Assembly: GCA_009103225.1 (NCBI GenBank)
Contig: RHPI01002069.1
Coordinates: 2,318,846 to 2,382,845 of the forward strand
DNA from: Chlorokybus atmophyticus
Lineage: Eukaryota > Plantae > Mesostigma and Chlorokybus algae
DNA length: 64,000 nt
Direction of reading: 5' to 3'
Under the pieces are notes generated by a model. The model ran no database searches and was not told the origin of the DNA. It saw nothing but the letters and a program-made list of their open reading frames with translations. Both the position numbers and the translations under genes were made by a program. Of this stretch, positions 60,754-64,000 are shown one piece after another (the stretch's first letter is position 1; every line of letters begins with the position of its first letter).

Positions 60754-63700
60754 AGCCGGACCGCTGATGTAGCTGCCATGTAAGACGATTCAAAAAAACT
60801 TGAAAATTCCCCAGCGCGGCGGGGAGGCCAAATCAGGGGCAAAACCCCATCCCNCGCGATTAGCCATGTGACGGTGCTCGTGCCTTGTCACATGTGAGTT
60901 GGTCCAATCAACAACCCTTTCACCAAGACACGGTATTCACATCAGAACCTTGCCCCCTCTGCCAAGCACACACGCGCGCGCCCCGCCACTCGCGTACGCA
61001 TGCGCATGCGCTCGAAGCTACACACCGACTTGTGTAGCGCCTTGGATCGTCACACAAGCAAGCACACCAGCGGATACACGCTAGCAACCCCTGCTAACCA
61101 CCACCAAGCTTGCACACCAGAAACTAGGGAGCCAAGGTTGTATTGCACATTGTAAAAGGTCGCAGTTATACCTACTAGTCTGCACATGCTACTGTCTAGA
61201 CGATTCCCGTGCTACACAAAACTAGATGCTAAGATGTTATTGCAAAAACTTTGTAGTATACTTCTAGACCTGTCTTACGCACCAAAGATCTCCTGATTAG
61301 GTGCTCATATGGTCAAGCTATACTACTTGGCGCCAAGCCCTTCCAGGAATCTGGTTGAGCCTATCTCGACTGGCCCTCCGTTTTCTGGCACCTTCCTGGG
61401 GCCCCGGTCGATATCCGCGGCAAACTCGTAACTCGCCGATATGTGCCACATGTCATGAAAACGTGGTGCTTGATAAATAGGCCCAAAAAGGTCCCAAAAT
61501 CATGAAACTTGGCCTCGGATGTTACAAGCCACCTCCTAGCCCTTCCCTCCCGCGAGAACGCCGCTGCCGCCGCAAGTTCCACCGGGTGTAATGTATGCCG
61601 CTATTGTGTTGGATGCTTTATGCACAGAGCTGGTTAACTAGTGCTTACTAGGCTAAGTTTTCCCTGTTTGCCTTCGTAATGAGGACAACGTTTCTCGCCT
61701 TGCAGCTGCTCCACAGATCCAGTTTAACAATGTGTTTGCGCAGGCGGATTCATCCCACCATATCCATCTTAAAAGGTTTACCGGTTGATTCCATTAAAAC
61801 CCATGCCGTTTCCGAGAAGTACGTCACGTAAGTGCGTCTTTGCAGGCGTGCTTGCATGCTTGTACTCTGTATGTGTGCGTGCGTGCGATAAATAAATCGC
61901 GCAATGGAGATGCAAGCCAATTGTCACTGGCATCAGCTGCCACGTGCATGTCATGAGCATAAAGCGCAGTTGTTGCTTAGCATGCAAGTAGGCAACTTGC
62001 ATGTGCAAAGCAACCGATGAGCTGTATTATCTTCAGGTGCCATTTAAATGCTTTGAACAACTCCGTTTAAAAAGTCTGTATAACGGAGCAGTGGGCAACA
62101 AAGATGCATACGACGTGTCGCACGATCAATAGGGACAACCCGTGGACAATGCTGTTTCAAAAACTATAAATATATGCAATATATGCAATATTACGAACTT
62201 CACAAGTAGGAACTCGTAACCTTACAGCATCATCATATTTAGATTATTGTTCAATCACATGCAACTGAAAATAACTACTTACTAGTAGCTTTGATTCTGT
62301 TATGTCCATTTTTACACAATGTGCCTATTCTACAGTCTACACATGCTACGTGTTGGCAAAGTTTTACCGTCTCGACCATATGGTGTTGTATCTTTCGCTG
62401 ATGTTATGCAATTTGCAAACAACACTGTGTATGTATTGTTTGCAAATTGTCATACATTTAACATTTGCATCATAGCGTGTTTGTATACATATTGTGTGGT
62501 GCTCGTGGTTGCATTCTGCACGATATGTGTGTTACAAAGCTTTTCCTTAACATGATCACAACAACATTTCATTTGATGCACTACGAGTCTTCTCATATTG
62601 CACACAACTTGATTTAATCACGTAGACACTCTGCTACCGAAACTTGCGTGCAAACGCAACTTTCTACCTATTCAACAGACAATACTTGTCGCAGTGTGCC
62701 TACTTGATTGTGGCATTATACACTATCGTATACGGTAACGTCGATCAGTGTACCTCAAACAATATCATTATGCATACAGTAGCCTATTGCACATCCTTTT
62801 CCTACAGCCTCCTATTGTTGCTGCCGCACTCGACGTGTTGGGAAGATTTCATTGCAAGCTTGGCGCGCAGTGTGGCGGCTGCCGCTCTGCATTTTGCGCG
62901 CTTTTTAAAATAAAAACTACCACAACACACTCAGAGCGCCGATTTTTATCGCACTACCCAAGGAATCGACCAATAGCGCGCTAACCCATAACACGACCCA
63001 CATGATACATTTGTAACATCGTTTAAGCCTACATTGTATTAACAGCGCCAGTTTTGGTGACGGAAGCACATGCCGGCCTTCAGCACGCCATTTGACTATA
63101 GCCTTAAAGTTAACGGCCTACAAGATGTAGGCCTACACCATGTAATTGTTTGCGGCTGCGGTTGTTTAATGTACATGCTAAGCGACGGGCGTACTATTAG
63201 CTGATTGTTCAGACAAACGAGATGTAGAAATCGTCTTAATTGATAGTGCTGTAGGCTAGCGCTCTACTTGTTGATTCCCGGCTCGTGCGATTGAAATCTG
63301 CATTACTATTGTGGCTCCAGTGTTAAGTTGTAATTGCTCAAAGGCGCAGTGTGCTGGAGCGCTTTGCTGCGCGCCTAGCTTGCGGTTCGTAAGATTTTTA
63401 ACACGTCAAGTGGTGCAACACTTGAATAATTGATAAGAATTAGAGTATACGTCAAGGGGTATATGCACATGTAATTAGCACAACACTTTGATAAGATGTG
63501 TGGTACTATTGAGGGACGCATGCATAATTGATATTATAGAGTCATGCTTGTTAATGGACATTCACCAAGACTGATGCTGCATGTTATAGAAAAAGGGTTA
63601 AAACATACATACATACATACAATGTATAAGCAACAGAGCAAATGCACCCGATGTGTTACAAGGTGAGAAACCGTACAAACAGCCGGAGTCGTTGCCAGAG

Positions 63701-64000
63701 TGACAACAGCTTGCTCCTCAAGATGGCACACGTTGCACAACAAGGTAGTAGCAGTTGTTGTCATATGTGAAGTGTCAATAATAAGCGTGTTTAATGCACA
63801 ACATCCTTGTCCACAGTTTATCCCCCATCATCTTGCAACACGCCATACGCGATCAGACTCAACATAGCCCCACCTCCCGAGACACTTTCAAGCTTGCAAC
63901 CTCGCGCAGACGCTCATCCACTACATGAATTAATGTGGATCACATTAAGTTATAAGCATTTGCAGACAACACACGCGACGACCTTCTAGCAGCTCACGTG

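Larger units (their letters stand above)
40801..60888 (-). mobile_element. Decayed L1/Tx1-clade non-LTR retrotransposon (about 7.8 kb after removing two nested insertions)
   Basis: ORF1 with a CCHC knuckle followed by APE, RT and a zf-RVT-like C-terminus, all colinear on the minus strand. The outer limits are tentative, based on the 9-bp repeat CACATGTGA at 40792 and 60889; no poly(A) seen. Confidence 0.8.

Noticed and set aside
61370-62040. GC-rich patch with splice-like sites
   Set aside because: No coherent ORF, TIR pair or TSD found.

Overview
Eukaryotic, intron-rich nuclear DNA. It is most likely from a streptophyte green alga: it has a plastid-targeted enolase and PurD, a plant TEY-type MAPK, a U12 AT-AC intron, and plant-like L1 and CACTA elements (inference; no database search was run). 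The left ~37 kb is gene-dense. It holds the 5' end of a mitochondrial biotin-carboxylase alpha subunit (MCCA/PCCA-like, minus, running off the window), a TEY MAP kinase (+), a 4-EF-hand Ca2+-binding protein (-) whose 4th intron is a minor-spliceosome AT-AC intron, and MLH1 (-) head-to-head with plastid PurD (+, two GC-AG introns). It also holds two small orphan membrane-protein genes, plastid enolase (+) and TXNDC9/PLP3 (+). The right ~20 kb (about 40.8-60.9 kb) is a nested transposon stack: a decayed L1-type LINE (minus) interrupted in its RT by a 564-bp hAT-like MITE (8-bp TSD) and in ORF1 by an ~11.7-kb CACTA/En-Spm element (3-bp TSD). The CACTA carries divergent transposase and TnpA-like genes, and its middle is scrambled by an assembly gap and duplicated blocks. 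All exon coordinates were read by hand from splice signals plus reading-frame continuity. No tRNA, rRNA, snRNA or CRISPR array was seen.
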